The notes: generated by a model not told the origin, from the letters alone. A stretch of DNA of 64,000 bases from an uncultured Pseudomonadota bacterium (GCA_963799255.1 CAWCWO010000015.1:1453-65452); one strand, 5' to 3'; shown: positions 27,212-36,850, numbered from the stretch's first letter. Numbers and translations: made by a program.

Positions 27212-28727
27212 GGGTCCTCAGAAAAATCTGTGGGCGACCTTGGGCACGGGAAGTGCTCCCAGCGAGTGGTAGAGGGCAACCTGCGTGGCTTTGAAGGTGC
27301 GCAGACCGTAGGCGCGTCTTGTGACGACTTTGAGCTTGTTGTTCATGCCCTCGGTCGAACCGGCTGAGATCAGGCCGCGGGCGTGAAACCAGTTGAGGAT
27401 GAGCGGCTTGTGGCGACGCAGCATGCGGGCGATTTTCTTCACGGGCTCGATCCGCGAGCGCATGGCTCGGAAGGTCCAGTTCTTGATGAACGTGTCGGCT
27501 TTCTCGGACGACGTCTCGTCCCACAGTTGCTGCAGGTCCTCCTTGAGGAGGTACGCTTTGACGGTCCGCAGGTTGTAGCGGACCAGGTCGGCGAGCTTGA
27601 TGCGCTGGTTGTCGGTGAGATTCTCCGGCCGCTTCAGCAAGCACCATCGGCTGTGCTTGAGCACGGGCTCGTGACCCTCGCTCTTCATCGTCCGAGCCTC
27701 GCCCGCGCGGACCTCGTCGATCGCCTTGTTCATCTTCGCGACGATGTGGAAGCGGTCCAGGACATGCTCCGCATTTTTAGCGCGTCGCGAGATGACGCCG
27801 AGATACGGTTTCCACATGTCGCTGCACACCCATCGCAGCCATCGAGCACGAAGCCCGAACTCGTTGAAGAACGTGTCCAAGGTTTCCGTCGTGCGGTCGC
27901 GTCCGACCCACAGCAAGCGGCGACAGTGCTCGTCGATCTGGTAGACGACGGTCAGGTACTTGTGTCCGCGATGCCAAAGGACTTCGTCGACCCCGATCGC
28001 CCGAATTCCCTTGAGTTCGCGGTTCTCCAGCCCCCAGGCGACTGCGAAGGCGACCGCCTTGAAGACCGTGTCCCAGCTCGTGCGGAACGTGTCGGCGACC
28101 TCCTTCCAGCTCATCCGCTTGGCCCAGTTCGCCAGAAACCAGGCGTACGTCGTCGTGGTCGGGCTCTTGCCGATCGCCCACGGGACCGTCTCGACCTTGA
28201 CGCCGCATTGCGAGCAATTCACGCGCCGCATGCGGTACGCGAACATCGTCCTGAACCCCCACAGCGGCACGAACTGAAAATGCCGGACCGGCTGCGTGTC
28301 GTAGCAGGGGCCCGACCGCTCGCACCCAGAGCACGTCGGCTTGCTGCCCACCCGCGCCCGGAGTTCGACGACCAGCCTCCGGTTCATGTCTCCTTCCAAC
28401 CGAACGCGGCCGTACACGAACCCCTTGTGCTTCTCCACGTGATTGAGCAATGTCTTGACCTGCATCTCGTCCTTGCGTCCTTGGCGGATTTTGGTGTCGC
28501 AACCTCATCCTCCCAAGTCGCACGGCGGGGTGCACCTACGTCGTGTCCCTTCGCTCGGCGCCGCGCTCTGGGCCACCTCGGATCTGCTCGCTCCGCTGAC
28601 CTCCGCGGCCGCAGGCGGGCCCGCTCCCCGCGACCCATGAGTCGAGGGTCTCTGCCTCACCTCCATGCCGCCGCGCCAGTCGACCCCCGGATCCGCGTTT
28701 CAGACCCACGAATTCTTCCGAGGACCC
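27212..28727 (-). mobile_element. Complete ISL3-family insertion sequence with an 8-bp target-site duplication
   Basis: Terminal inverted repeats: GGGTCCTCAGAAAAATCTGTGGG (27212-27234) versus the reverse complement of 28705-28727, GGGTCCTCGGAAGAATTCGTGGG (19 of 23 match). Direct repeat AAAAAAGT at 27204-27211 and 28728-28735. Confidence 0.85.
27218..28465 (-). CDS. ISL3-family transposase
   Basis: 415 aa with a typical ISL3 layout: zinc-finger-like 'CSGCERSGPCYD...CSQCG', 'IGVDEVLWHRGHKYLTVVYQ', and 'STEGMNNKLKVVTRRAYGLR' at the C-terminus. Confidence 0.9.
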   Translation of the reverse strand: MQVKTLLNHVEKHKGFVYGRVRLEGDMNRRLVVELRARVGSKPTCSGCERSGPCYDTQPVRHFQFVPLWGFRTMFAYRMRRVNCSQCGVKVETVPWAIGKSPTTTTYAWFLANWAKRMSWKEVADTFRTSWDTVFKAVAFAVAWGLENRELKGIRAIGVDEVLWHRGHKYLTVVYQIDEHCRRLLWVGRDRTTETLDTFFNEFGLRARWLRWVCSDMWKPYLGVISRRAKNAEHVLDRFHIVAKMNKAIDEVRAGEARTMKSEGHEPVLKHSRWCLLKRPENLTDNQRIKLADLVRYNLRTVKAYLLKEDLQQLWDETSSEKADTFIKNWTFRAMRSRIEPVKKIARMLRRHKPLILNWFHARGLISAGSTEGMNNKLKVVTRRAYGLRTFKATQVALYHSLGALPVPKVAHRFF

Positions 28728-28816
28728 AAAAAAGTTGGTGTGGTTTGAGCCGATGAGGGCTGCTCGTCGGACGTGATCAGTGAGGCCGATGAGATGGCCT
28801 CGAGAGGAACTGAATC
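28728..28816 (+). repeat. Copy A of a ~90-nt conserved leader element (A-run ... gtcggacgt-n-atcagtgaggcc ... gagg ... ATG)
   Basis: Aligns by eye with 45744-45827 from the A-run to the start codon. The A-run of this copy is the ISL3 target site. Confidence 0.6.
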
Positions 28817-29305
28817 ATGCAAACGATCACCATCACCAAGTTCACACCTCAAACCTCATTCGGGTTCGTCTGCGGGATGCCCTCCCCGGCCGACACGCTT
28901 AGGCCCAGCGTGCGCGCCCTGGACCTCGAGCGCATCGTCTTGAAGCTCGCGAAGGAACCAGGCTGGTCGATGGCCCGCGCCCACCAAGCGGAGCTCGACT
29001 ACCGACGTTTCCTGAACCTGCGGGTGCTGTACCCGAAGACGTCGTTGGTCCCGACCCGCGACATCGACGAGATGTGGCACCTGCACATCCTGGACACGCG
29101 CGCGTACGCTGGCGACTGCGCGCGGATCTTCGGAGACTTCCTGCATCACGCACCGGCGTTCGGCGGAGAGGCCCGGGTGCAGCTGGAGATCGGTTTCGCG
29201 AGCACGCAGGGGCTGTGGCTGAACGTGTACGGCGAGGCGCTGCAGGACGCGGCTCGGTGTGAGGGGAAGCCATGCCACGTGGAGTCGGAGTGCCGGTGTC
29301 GCTGA
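28817..29305 (+). CDS. GRDP-like (DUF1399, glycine-rich-domain protein family) hypothetical protein
   Basis: 'ELDYRRFLNLRVLYPKTSLVPTRDIDEMWHLHILDTRAYAGDC' matches my memory of the family signature. Confidence 0.5.
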   Translation: MQTITITKFTPQTSFGFVCGMPSPADTLRPSVRALDLERIVLKLAKEPGWSMARAHQAELDYRRFLNLRVLYPKTSLVPTRDIDEMWHLHILDTRAYAGDCARIFGDFLHHAPAFGGEARVQLEIGFASTQGLWLNVYGEALQDAARCEGKPCHVESECRCR

Positions 29306-29409
29306 AGTTGGAGGGTTGGCTGTGGCGCGGCCGCATGCCCCGACGACCGGCGATGCACACCTGATTGCGAACCAGGATGCGGTGTACTTCGGACACGAGC
29401 GTGCGAGCG

Positions 29410-30156
29410 CTAAGCTTCGACGACCGATGGCGCGGCTCGGAGCTCGCCGAGGAGAGCTCGCGGTGTCGCGCCTGCGATGGTGCGGAACTCGGCGTTGAGA
29501 TGCGCTTGGTCGTAGTAGCCCGCAGCGACGGCGATGCTCGCCCAGGTCGCGCGAGTGTCGTCCTGGGCGGCGCGAAGGGCTCGATGGAAGCGCGCGAGTT
29601 TGGCGTACGTCTTCGGGCCGAGGCCGAGGGTCTCCCGGAAGACCCGACGAAGGTGTCTCTCGCTGACACCGAGCTTTGCGGCGACCGCAGTGACGCTCGC
29701 GCTCGTCAGCCCGCGCGCGGCGTCGAGGGCGAGCTGCACTCGGTCGCTGCGCACATCCGCCACCGCCAAGCGGCCGGCGATGGCGCTGTCCAGGACCGCG
29801 GCCGCATCGGCGGGGGTGGAGGCTCGGGCGATCCGATCGGCGAGCTGCCCGGTCGCGCGCTCGCCCCACAGGCCCTCGAGCGCGACCACTCGGCCTGCAA
29901 TCTCGGACGCTGCCGCCCCGAGCACGGCCTCGTGAGCACCGAGCTGAAGACGCGCGACCACGGTCCGCAGTCCGCCCGGAACGAGCTTTCGGTGCGCCCG
30001 CTCCCGCACTCCCATCGCATGCATGTCGAGGCCGTTTCGCGCGGACGGCCCGAAGCGAACGACGAGGCTGATCTCCGGCCGCGGGATCGCAACCAACGGG
30101 ACGTCGTGGGCGCATTCGTGCAAGGAGAGCGCGGCAACCGCAGACGCTGTCGCCAT
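29410..30156 (-). CDS. AraC-family transcriptional regulator
   Basis: C-terminal double HTH 'VTAVAAKLGVSERHLRRVFRETLGLGPKTYAKLARFHRALR...GYYDQAHLNAEFR'. ATG at 30156. Divergent from the SDR gene. Confidence 0.8.
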   Translation of the reverse strand: MATASAVAALSLHECAHDVPLVAIPRPEISLVVRFGPSARNGLDMHAMGVRERAHRKLVPGGLRTVVARLQLGAHEAVLGAAASEIAGRVVALEGLWGERATGQLADRIARASTPADAAAVLDSAIAGRLAVADVRSDRVQLALDAARGLTSASVTAVAAKLGVSERHLRRVFRETLGLGPKTYAKLARFHRALRAAQDDTRATWASIAVAAGYYDQAHLNAEFRTIAGATPRALLGELRAAPSVVEA

Positions 30157-30285
30157 GCTCGGGAGCACGCGATCGGAAAGAAGCGCACTGGCGAGCACGG
30201 GAGGAGTCTGGTGCCCCGACACATCGGGCGCAAGCTGGTCCGATTCTTCCAATCCCGGCCGTCGAGCGATCGATAGGTTCTGGGC

Positions 30286-31116
30286 ATGAAGATTCTCGTA
30301 ACCGGTGCGACAGGCAAGGTCGGAAGTCGACTCACGCGACGGCTCGTTCAGCGGGGCGGTCAGGTGCGTGCTCTGGTCCGCGACTTGGCACGTGCCGCTC
30401 CGCTCGGGGCGCATGGCGTCGAGCTCGTGGAGGGTGACCTCCTGGAGGCCGACTCGCTGGCGAGGGCGGTGCAAGGCGTCGACGCGGTGGTCCACTGCGC
30501 GGCCTTCTTTCGCGGCGCCACGGCTGAGCAGGCGCACGAGGTCAACGACCTCGGCACGCAGAGTCTCGCCAACGCCGCCCGAGACGCCTCGGTCAAGCGC
30601 TTCGTCTTCACGAGCACTGGCTTGGTCTACGGCCCCACGGGAGGCCGCCTGGTTCGCGAAGACCAACCCTGCGCGCCGACCCACGCGTACCCCGCGAGCA
30701 AGATCGCGGCCGAGCGATTCTTGCTCTCGCTCGAGGGCCTCGACGTACGGGTGCTGCGTTTGCCCTTCGTCTACGGTGATGGCGACCCGCACATCGAGGA
30801 GGTCGTGCCGATGATGCGCACGTTTCTACCGAGCCAACGCATGTCGATCAGCCACCACGCCGACGTTGGGCAGGCGATCGCTCGCATCCTCGACGCCCCG
30901 TCGCCAGCGCACCGCATCTACAACCTGACCGACGATGAAGCCCCGGACCTGGCCACGCTGTTTGCTTCGGTGGGGGCACCGCCGCCGGACGGCACCGAGG
31001 CGGAGCGCGGGCGGATCTTCGAGGCGACTCTCGATGGTCGCCGACTGCGCGACGAACTCGGATTCGCACCCGAGTACCCGCGCCTCGCAGACGCCATCGC
31101 GGCACACGCAGGCTGA
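30286..31116 (+). CDS. NAD(P)-dependent oxidoreductase, atypical/extended SDR (NmrA/epimerase-like)
   Basis: 'MKILVTGATGKVGSRL' (TGxxGxxG) and 'YPASKIAAE' (YxxxK). Confidence 0.85.
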   Translation: MKILVTGATGKVGSRLTRRLVQRGGQVRALVRDLARAAPLGAHGVELVEGDLLEADSLARAVQGVDAVVHCAAFFRGATAEQAHEVNDLGTQSLANAARDASVKRFVFTSTGLVYGPTGGRLVREDQPCAPTHAYPASKIAAERFLLSLEGLDVRVLRLPFVYGDGDPHIEEVVPMMRTFLPSQRMSISHHADVGQAIARILDAPSPAHRIYNLTDDEAPDLATLFASVGAPPPDGTEAERGRIFEATLDGRRLRDELGFAPEYPRLADAIAAHAG

Positions 31117-31135
31117 ACGCGTGCTCGTCGCGTAT

Positions 31136-31179
31136 CGCAGCCTGCCTACACAGGGGATCCACTCTGTAGGCAGGCTGCG
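31136..31179 (+). terminator. Strong hairpin (15-bp perfect stem, 14-nt loop) 20 nt after the SDR stop codon
   Basis: 'cgcagcctgcctaca' (31136-31150) pairs perfectly with 'tgtaggcaggctgcg' (31165-31179). The loop is 'caggggatccactc'. There is no U-tract. Confidence 0.4.
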
Positions 31180-31243
31180 ATGGGTTCACAACGGGCTGCG
31201 AGGTCTCTCCCCACGCTGATACGCTGGACGGGTCGAACTAGAC

Positions 31244-32287
31244 ATGTACACACGAGACATCATCGGAGGGGTGCTCGTCGCGAGCCTTTGTGGCTGCGCG
31301 AGCGAAGGGGGACCCGAGCAAGACTCGAGCTCTGAAGGCATCGAGACGCAAACGTCGGGGACGACGGAGGCGGAGGTGGAGGTGGGAACGGAAGGCAGCA
31401 CGTCCTCGTCGGGCGCGAGCGCGTCGGCGACTACCGCGTCCGCGGATGCGTCCAGCACGTCCTCGGAGACGTCCTCTGCCTCGTCGGGACCGACCGGTAG
31501 CTCGAGCAGCTCAAGTTCCTCGGGCGAGGGGGAGTCCACGACCACCGCCGCGGAGCTGGAGGTGTGCGACGGCATCGACAACGACGGCAACGGCTTCGTC
31601 GACGACGTCGACGTGGGCGACGACGGCGTGTGTGACTGCCTGCGCATCGCGACCTTGGGCGAGGCCGGCCCCTGGGGTGAAGGCGACGTGTTCGCCACCT
31701 GGCTCGAAGAGCGCTCCGACGACGGCGCCCACCCCCTGGGCGCGCAGGAACTCACGGACGAGCTCCTGGGGGCCTATCGAATCATCGTGGTGCAGGACGT
31801 CTCGGTCATCGGACGCAGCTACGCCGAGAGCGAAGTCGAGGCGCTGCAGAACTTCATCGACGCCGGCGGCGGCGTGATGACGATGATCGGCTACGCCGGG
31901 CCGACGGAGATCGAGAATGTGAACCTTCTTCTCGGCCCCTGGGGGCTCTCCTACGGCCCCACCCAGATCCTCGGAGGTTCTGGGGGCGCCACCCTGCCGG
32001 TCACTCAGTGGATGGCCCACCCAATCTCCGCGGGCATCACCTCGGTCGGCGTCGACAACGGCTATCCGGTGCAAGGCGCGGGCACCGTCTTCGCCCAACA
32101 GGGCGGCTGGGACGTCGGACGTGCCCTCGACACCGGCAGTGGCCACATCGCGATGTGGGGCGACGAGTGGATCTCATACGACTCCGAGTGGACCGATCAC
32201 CCCGAGTACCAGGTCGAACAGTTCTGGCTCAACGCGATCCACTGGCTCACCCCGGTCGAGGACTGCCAGATCCCCCTCCCGGGCTGA
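31244..32287 (+). CDS. Lipoprotein with a 'CDGxDNDGNGxVDD' metal-binding-type motif and a ThuA/DUF4350-like (class I amidotransferase-fold-like) domain
   Basis: Lipobox 'LVASLCGC', a Ser/Thr-rich linker, 'CDGIDNDGNGFVDDVD', and 'YRIIVVQDVSVIGRSY..ALQNFIDAGGGVMTMIGY'. Confidence 0.5.
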   Translation: MYTRDIIGGVLVASLCGCASEGGPEQDSSSEGIETQTSGTTEAEVEVGTEGSTSSSGASASATTASADASSTSSETSSASSGPTGSSSSSSSSGEGESTTTAAELEVCDGIDNDGNGFVDDVDVGDDGVCDCLRIATLGEAGPWGEGDVFATWLEERSDDGAHPLGAQELTDELLGAYRIIVVQDVSVIGRSYAESEVEALQNFIDAGGGVMTMIGYAGPTEIENVNLLLGPWGLSYGPTQILGGSGGATLPVTQWMAHPISAGITSVGVDNGYPVQGAGTVFAQQGGWDVGRALDTGSGHIAMWGDEWISYDSEWTDHPEYQVEQFWLNAIHWLTPVEDCQIPLPG

Positions 32288-32506
32288 GGGCTCGAAGGAC
32301 GCAGGCTGCTCGTCGCGACTCGCTCCGGCGAACTCCCACGATCGCGTCAGGCGGTCTCGTGGAGCTGTTCGATGTCGCCGGCGGGACCGTTGAACAGCCC
32401 ACGAAGACCGAGCCAGTCCGGCGCTTCGTGAAACGAGCTGGGAAAAGCTGGGAAGCAGGCTCGGCGCAGACGGCCCGAGCTGCTCCCGCTGACCGGGACC
32501 TGACGA

Positions 32507-33598
32507 TCAGGCGAAACAGCGGTAGTACTGCCACCCGTCGACGTCGAAATAGGCGCAGTCGTCGCTGTCGGTGCCTCCTAGGGCCTGGTCGATGAACGAG
32601 ATCTTGTTCTGCAATCGCGTCATCGACTGTTTGCCCCCCGCCTTGGCGCACATGTCGACCTCGCCGTCGTTCACCTCGATGAGTGCCGCCAGACCCATGA
32701 CCACCGGCGCGCCGGTGCTCGGTAGGTAGTCCAGCGCGGGGCCACCGGAGTCGCCCAGACATACCCGGCTCGGTCCACTCGCGTTGTTGAAGAAGTGCTC
32801 GGGTCCGGCCCAGGTCGGCGTGTAGCTCATCCGTCGGAGCGTGCCTGCCCCTCCTGCGTTGGAGTTGACGCCCTGTCCGAAGAACTTCATCGCGCCGACC
32901 ATGCCCAAGGGGCCCACGTAGATTCGGTGGCGAGCGTCGCTGGAGAACCCGAACGATCCGTAGTTCAGCTTCACGACCGCGAGATCGTCTCCGACGTCGA
33001 AGCTCCCCGCGTAGCCCTCGGAACCGCCCACGTAGTCGGGATGGATGTTGATGCGAACCTTGCCGTCGTATTTGCCGCCGCCGAAGTTGTCCACGGCGAT
33101 TCCGTACGCGTCGAAGTTCTTTGCGCCGCCCGGGGCGAGCTGGTCGACGCAGTGCGCCGACGTGATGACCGCGCGCTCATGCACGAGCACCCCGGTGCAG
33201 CTGCTGGTGCCGCCCGAAGCGGTGGGAAACCGGAGCCGGATGATGCCGTCTTCGGTGAGATGACTGGCCTCCGCTGCAGCAACGCGAAACTCGTCGCCGG
33301 CGGGATCGAGCGGCTCGGAGGGGAAGCTCTCGACGAGGTCGAGGCTGTCGTCGATGAACGCTTGCGCGTCCTCGCAGCTCTCGACCGTTGCCACGCCGAG
33401 CGCGTCGGCCAGCTCGGGATTGTCTCGCAACAGCCCGTTGATCTGGAGGAAGTCGTACGCCCCGGTTCCGCAGCGCACGAGATCGCCGCGGGTCTCCGTC
33501 TCGAACGACGCAGGGGTGAGGTCGGCTTCGTCCGCGTCGCAGGCTGAAGATGCGACGAGTGCGGCCAGCGAGAGCTTGAGGAGGTTTCGTTTGGTCAT
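32507..33598 (-). CDS. Secreted trypsin-like (S1) serine protease
   Basis: Signal 'MTKRNLLKLSLAALVASSAC', 'ITSAHCV' (His) and 'CLGDSGGPA' (Ser). ATG at 33598. Confidence 0.8.
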   Translation of the reverse strand: MTKRNLLKLSLAALVASSACDADEADLTPASFETETRGDLVRCGTGAYDFLQINGLLRDNPELADALGVATVESCEDAQAFIDDSLDLVESFPSEPLDPAGDEFRVAAAEASHLTEDGIIRLRFPTASGGTSSCTGVLVHERAVITSAHCVDQLAPGGAKNFDAYGIAVDNFGGGKYDGKVRINIHPDYVGGSEGYAGSFDVGDDLAVVKLNYGSFGFSSDARHRIYVGPLGMVGAMKFFGQGVNSNAGGAGTLRRMSYTPTWAGPEHFFNNASGPSRVCLGDSGGPALDYLPSTGAPVVMGLAALIEVNDGEVDMCAKAGGKQSMTRLQNKISFIDQALGGTDSDDCAYFDVDGWQYYRCFA

Positions 33599-33745
33599 GT
33601 CAAACGGGGAAACGCCCGGGAGCTCGGCTCGGATCACGGCCATCCCCATCAGCGCTGCGTCGTCACCACCCCCGACCGCGATGAAAGGGGTGCGCGCGGT
33701 GGAAGGAGCTCGAGCTTCAGGCCCCTGCGTGCGACCCTAGGCCTT

Positions 33746-36700
33746 GTGCCCCGACTGCCTCCTGGTCTGTACGACAAGCTCGTCGATCGAGCGGTCGAGG
33801 CGGCCCTGGGTGACATCGAGTCTGGGTTGAGCCTGGTCTCACCGCTCGCGCTGGACGAGGCGCACGACCATCTCGTGCTCGCTGTTGCTACGCGGCTGCG
33901 TAGTGCGTTGCGTGCGGTTCGGGGAGAGAGCTTCTCGGACAAGCTGGAGGGCCAGGTCGCGCTGACGAATCGCGTCCTGGAGGTGCTCTCGAGGGTTCCA
34001 TCGAGTGGGACGGATGCCAACGACACGATCCCCGCACCTCCGCTGCGACTGTCCGCGGTGTTCGAGGCGGCGGAGGCCCCACGGGAGCCGCGCTCACCAC
34101 AGCGGCCGAAGATTCCCCTGCGCTCGAGCGACCTTCTCATCAACGGCAAGCACGACCTCAGCCTCGGGCCTCAGCTACGGCTCGAGATCGAGTCGGCGGA
34201 TCGGGTCGACTTGCTGTGTTCGTTCGTGAAGTGGAGCGGGTTGCGGATCATCGAGGACGTGCTTCGAGACCATCTGCAGCGCCGGCCGGGGTCGGTCCGA
34301 GTGCTGACGACGACGTACATGGGAGCGACGGAGCGGCGCGCCCTGGAGGCGCTCATCGAGATGGGAGCGGACGTGCGGGTGTCCTACGACCGCAGCCAAA
34401 CCCGGCTCCACGCGAAGGCTTGGCTTCTTCACCGCGAGTCGGGGTTCTCGACGGCCTTCGTGGGGTCGTCGAACCTCTCGGCCGCGGCGGTTCTGGACGG
34501 GCTCGAGTGGAACGTCCGCCTTGCCCAGGCCGACAACGCATCGATCCTGCAGCGCTTCGCGGCCGCGTTCGACCAATACTGGGACGACGGCAGTTTTCGG
34601 GCGTACGACCCCAAGACGTTCAGCGAGGCGATCCGCGGTGAGCGTCGCGAACGGGCCGCGCCGTTCCTTCGCTTCGACATCGAGCCAAAGTCTCATCAGG
34701 CGCGCATCCTCGACGAGCTGGAGGCGGAACGTGCGGCCGGGCATTGGCGCAACCTGGTGGTGGCCGCCACGGGCACGGGCAAGACGGTGGTCGCAGCGCT
34801 CGACTATCGACGGCTGAGCAAGCAGCTCAAGCGGGCCCGGCTGCTGTTTGTCGCCCACCGCCGGGAGATCCTCGAGCAGAGCCACCGGACGTTTCAGGTC
34901 GCGCTGGGCGACGGTGGTTTTGGTGAGCGGCTTGGCGACGGACAGGTCCCGGGCGAGTGGACGCACGTGTTCGCGAACATCCAATCGCTCACGCCCGAGC
35001 GCCTCGAGGCCCTGTCGCCCGACGCCTTCGACGTGGTCGTCGTGGACGAGTTTCACCACGCTGCGGCGGGATCGTACGACCGACTCCTGCAAAAACTGAA
35101 GCCCAAGGTTCTCGTGGGACTCACCGCGACGCCGGAGCGCGCCGATGGCAAGAGCGTGTTGGAGTGGTTCGAGGGTCGGATCGCATCGGAGATCCGTCTT
35201 TGGGAAGCGCTCGACCATTCGCTGCTGTGCCCGTTTCAGTACTTCGGCATCGGCAGCGCACCGGACCTGCGCGGGGTGAAGTGGTCGCGAGGCCGCTACG
35301 AGCCGAGCGCGCTGAGCAATGTGTACACGGCGGACCACATGTTCGCGCTGCGGGTGCTGCAAGAGACGCAGAAGAAGGTCGCGGACATTTCCTCGATGCG
35401 GGCGCTCGGGTTCTGCGTCGACCTGGCACACGCGCAGTTCATGACGGATCAGTTCGTCGCTCGCGGCGTCCGTGCGCAGATGGTCTCGGGCAAGTCGTCC
35501 TCCGCCGAACGCGACCAAGTCCTGCGCGCCCTGAGTGCGGGGGAGGTGCAAGTGGTGTTTACGGTGGACCTGTTCAACGAGGGGGTGGACGTGCCGAAGG
35601 TGGACACGATCCTCTTCTTGAGGCCGACGGAGAGCGCCACCGTGTTCCTGCAGCAGCTGGGCCGGGGTCTGCGACACGCCGACGGCAAGGAAGTGTGCAC
35701 GGTGCTCGACTTCATCGGGCACGCCCACAAGAACTTTCGCTTCGACGCCCGCTACCGCGCGATCGTGGGCGGCACCCGCAAGGAGCTGGAGCAGCAGGTG
35801 GAGGCGGGCTTTCCTGCGTTGCCCGCGGGCTGCTTCATCCACCTCGACGCCTTGGCCCAGGATGCCGTGCTGGAGAACGTCCGCACGGCGGTCGGCGGCA
35901 AGCAACAAGCGCTGGCCGAAGCGCTTCGCGACCTGGCTGGAGACGGTGAGCCGACGCTGCCTCAGTTCCTCGCGCGAACGCAGACGGACCTGGAGGACCT
36001 GTACGCGAAGGCGTGCTGCTGGACATCCTTACGCCGCCGTGCGGGCCTGCACGAGGAGCCGGCGGACGACTGGGAGAAGGTGGTGGAGCGGGCGCTCTCA
36101 CGCATGCTGCACATCGACGACGACAGACTCGAGCGCTTTGCGTCGCTGTTGAATGTTGCGACTCCGCCCGCAGGGGATGCTTCCGATCCGTATCAGCGAC
36201 TGCTGTACGTGGCGTTGGGACAGATGCGGAAGTCCTTCCACGACCTCGGTACATTTTGGGAAGACCTTTGGCAGCGACCGTGGCTTCGCGAGGAGATGCT
36301 CGAGCTGCTGCGGATCTTGAAAGACCGCACCCGCCACCTCTCCAGCCCGATGGCGCCTCCGCTGGCCGACGTGGCGCTGCGACTGCACGGGACGTACTCC
36401 CGGGATGAGATCTTCGCCGCGTTCGACGAACGCAACAAGAACGGCGGCGTGCTCCGGACGCAGTCCGGTATCCACAACGTGAAGTCGCGAAGGACCGAGC
36501 TGTTGTTCGTGGAGCTCGAGAAGAGCGAGAAGCACTACTCGCCCAGCACGCTCTACAACGACTTCCCGATCACCCGGTCGCGATTTCGCTGGGAGAGCCA
36601 GAGCGCCGCGCATCCCGAGACGCCGGCGGGGCGGAGGTACGTTGCGGCGAAGGCGGGGGCGGAGCAAAAGGTGGTGTTGTTTGTGCGGCAGCGGCGGAAG

Positions 36701-36850
36701 GACTCGCGCGGACACACGCTGCCGTATTTGTGTCTTGGGTTGTGTACGTATGCCGGGCACGCGGGGGCGAAGCCCATGCGGATCGATTGGGAGCTGGATG
36801 TGGCGATGCCGGCGTGGTGGTTTCAGGAAACGAAGGCGGCTGGTGGGTAG
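33746..36850 (+). CDS. PLD-family nuclease (NgoFVII-like) - SF2 DEAD/DEAH helicase - DUF3427 fusion protein
   Basis: 'LHAKAWLLHRESGFSTAFVGSSNLS' (HxK...GSxN). Helicase motifs 'VVAATGTGKT', 'VVVDEFHHA', 'GLTATPER', 'FNEGVDVP', 'QQLGRGLR'. C-terminal ~200 aa end in 'FVRQRRKD..HTLPYLCLG', which is DUF3427-like. GTG start. Confidence 0.8.
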   Translation: MPRLPPGLYDKLVDRAVEAALGDIESGLSLVSPLALDEAHDHLVLAVATRLRSALRAVRGESFSDKLEGQVALTNRVLEVLSRVPSSGTDANDTIPAPPLRLSAVFEAAEAPREPRSPQRPKIPLRSSDLLINGKHDLSLGPQLRLEIESADRVDLLCSFVKWSGLRIIEDVLRDHLQRRPGSVRVLTTTYMGATERRALEALIEMGADVRVSYDRSQTRLHAKAWLLHRESGFSTAFVGSSNLSAAAVLDGLEWNVRLAQADNASILQRFAAAFDQYWDDGSFRAYDPKTFSEAIRGERRERAAPFLRFDIEPKSHQARILDELEAERAAGHWRNLVVAATGTGKTVVAALDYRRLSKQLKRARLLFVAHRREILEQSHRTFQVALGDGGFGERLGDGQVPGEWTHVFANIQSLTPERLEALSPDAFDVVVVDEFHHAAAGSYDRLLQKLKPKVLVGLTATPERADGKSVLEWFEGRIASEIRLWEALDHSLLCPFQYFGIGSAPDLRGVKWSRGRYEPSALSNVYTADHMFALRVLQETQKKVADISSMRALGFCVDLAHAQFMTDQFVARGVRAQMVSGKSSSAERDQVLRALSAGEVQVVFTVDLFNEGVDVPKVDTILFLRPTESATVFLQQLGRGLRHADGKEVCTVLDFIGHAHKNFRFDARYRAIVGGTRKELEQQVEAGFPALPAGCFIHLDALAQDAVLENVRTAVGGKQQALAEALRDLAGDGEPTLPQFLARTQTDLEDLYAKACCWTSLRRRAGLHEEPADDWEKVVERALSRMLHIDDDRLERFASLLNVATPPAGDASDPYQRLLYVALGQMRKSFHDLGTFWEDLWQRPWLREEMLELLRILKDRTRHLSSPMAPPLADVALRLHGTYSRDEIFAAFDERNKNGGVLRTQSGIHNVKSRRTELLFVELEKSEKHYSPSTLYNDFPITRSRFRWESQSAAHPETPAGRRYVAAKAGAEQKVVLFVRQRRKDSRGHTLPYLCLGLCTYAGHAGAKPMRIDWELDVAMPAWWFQETKAAGG

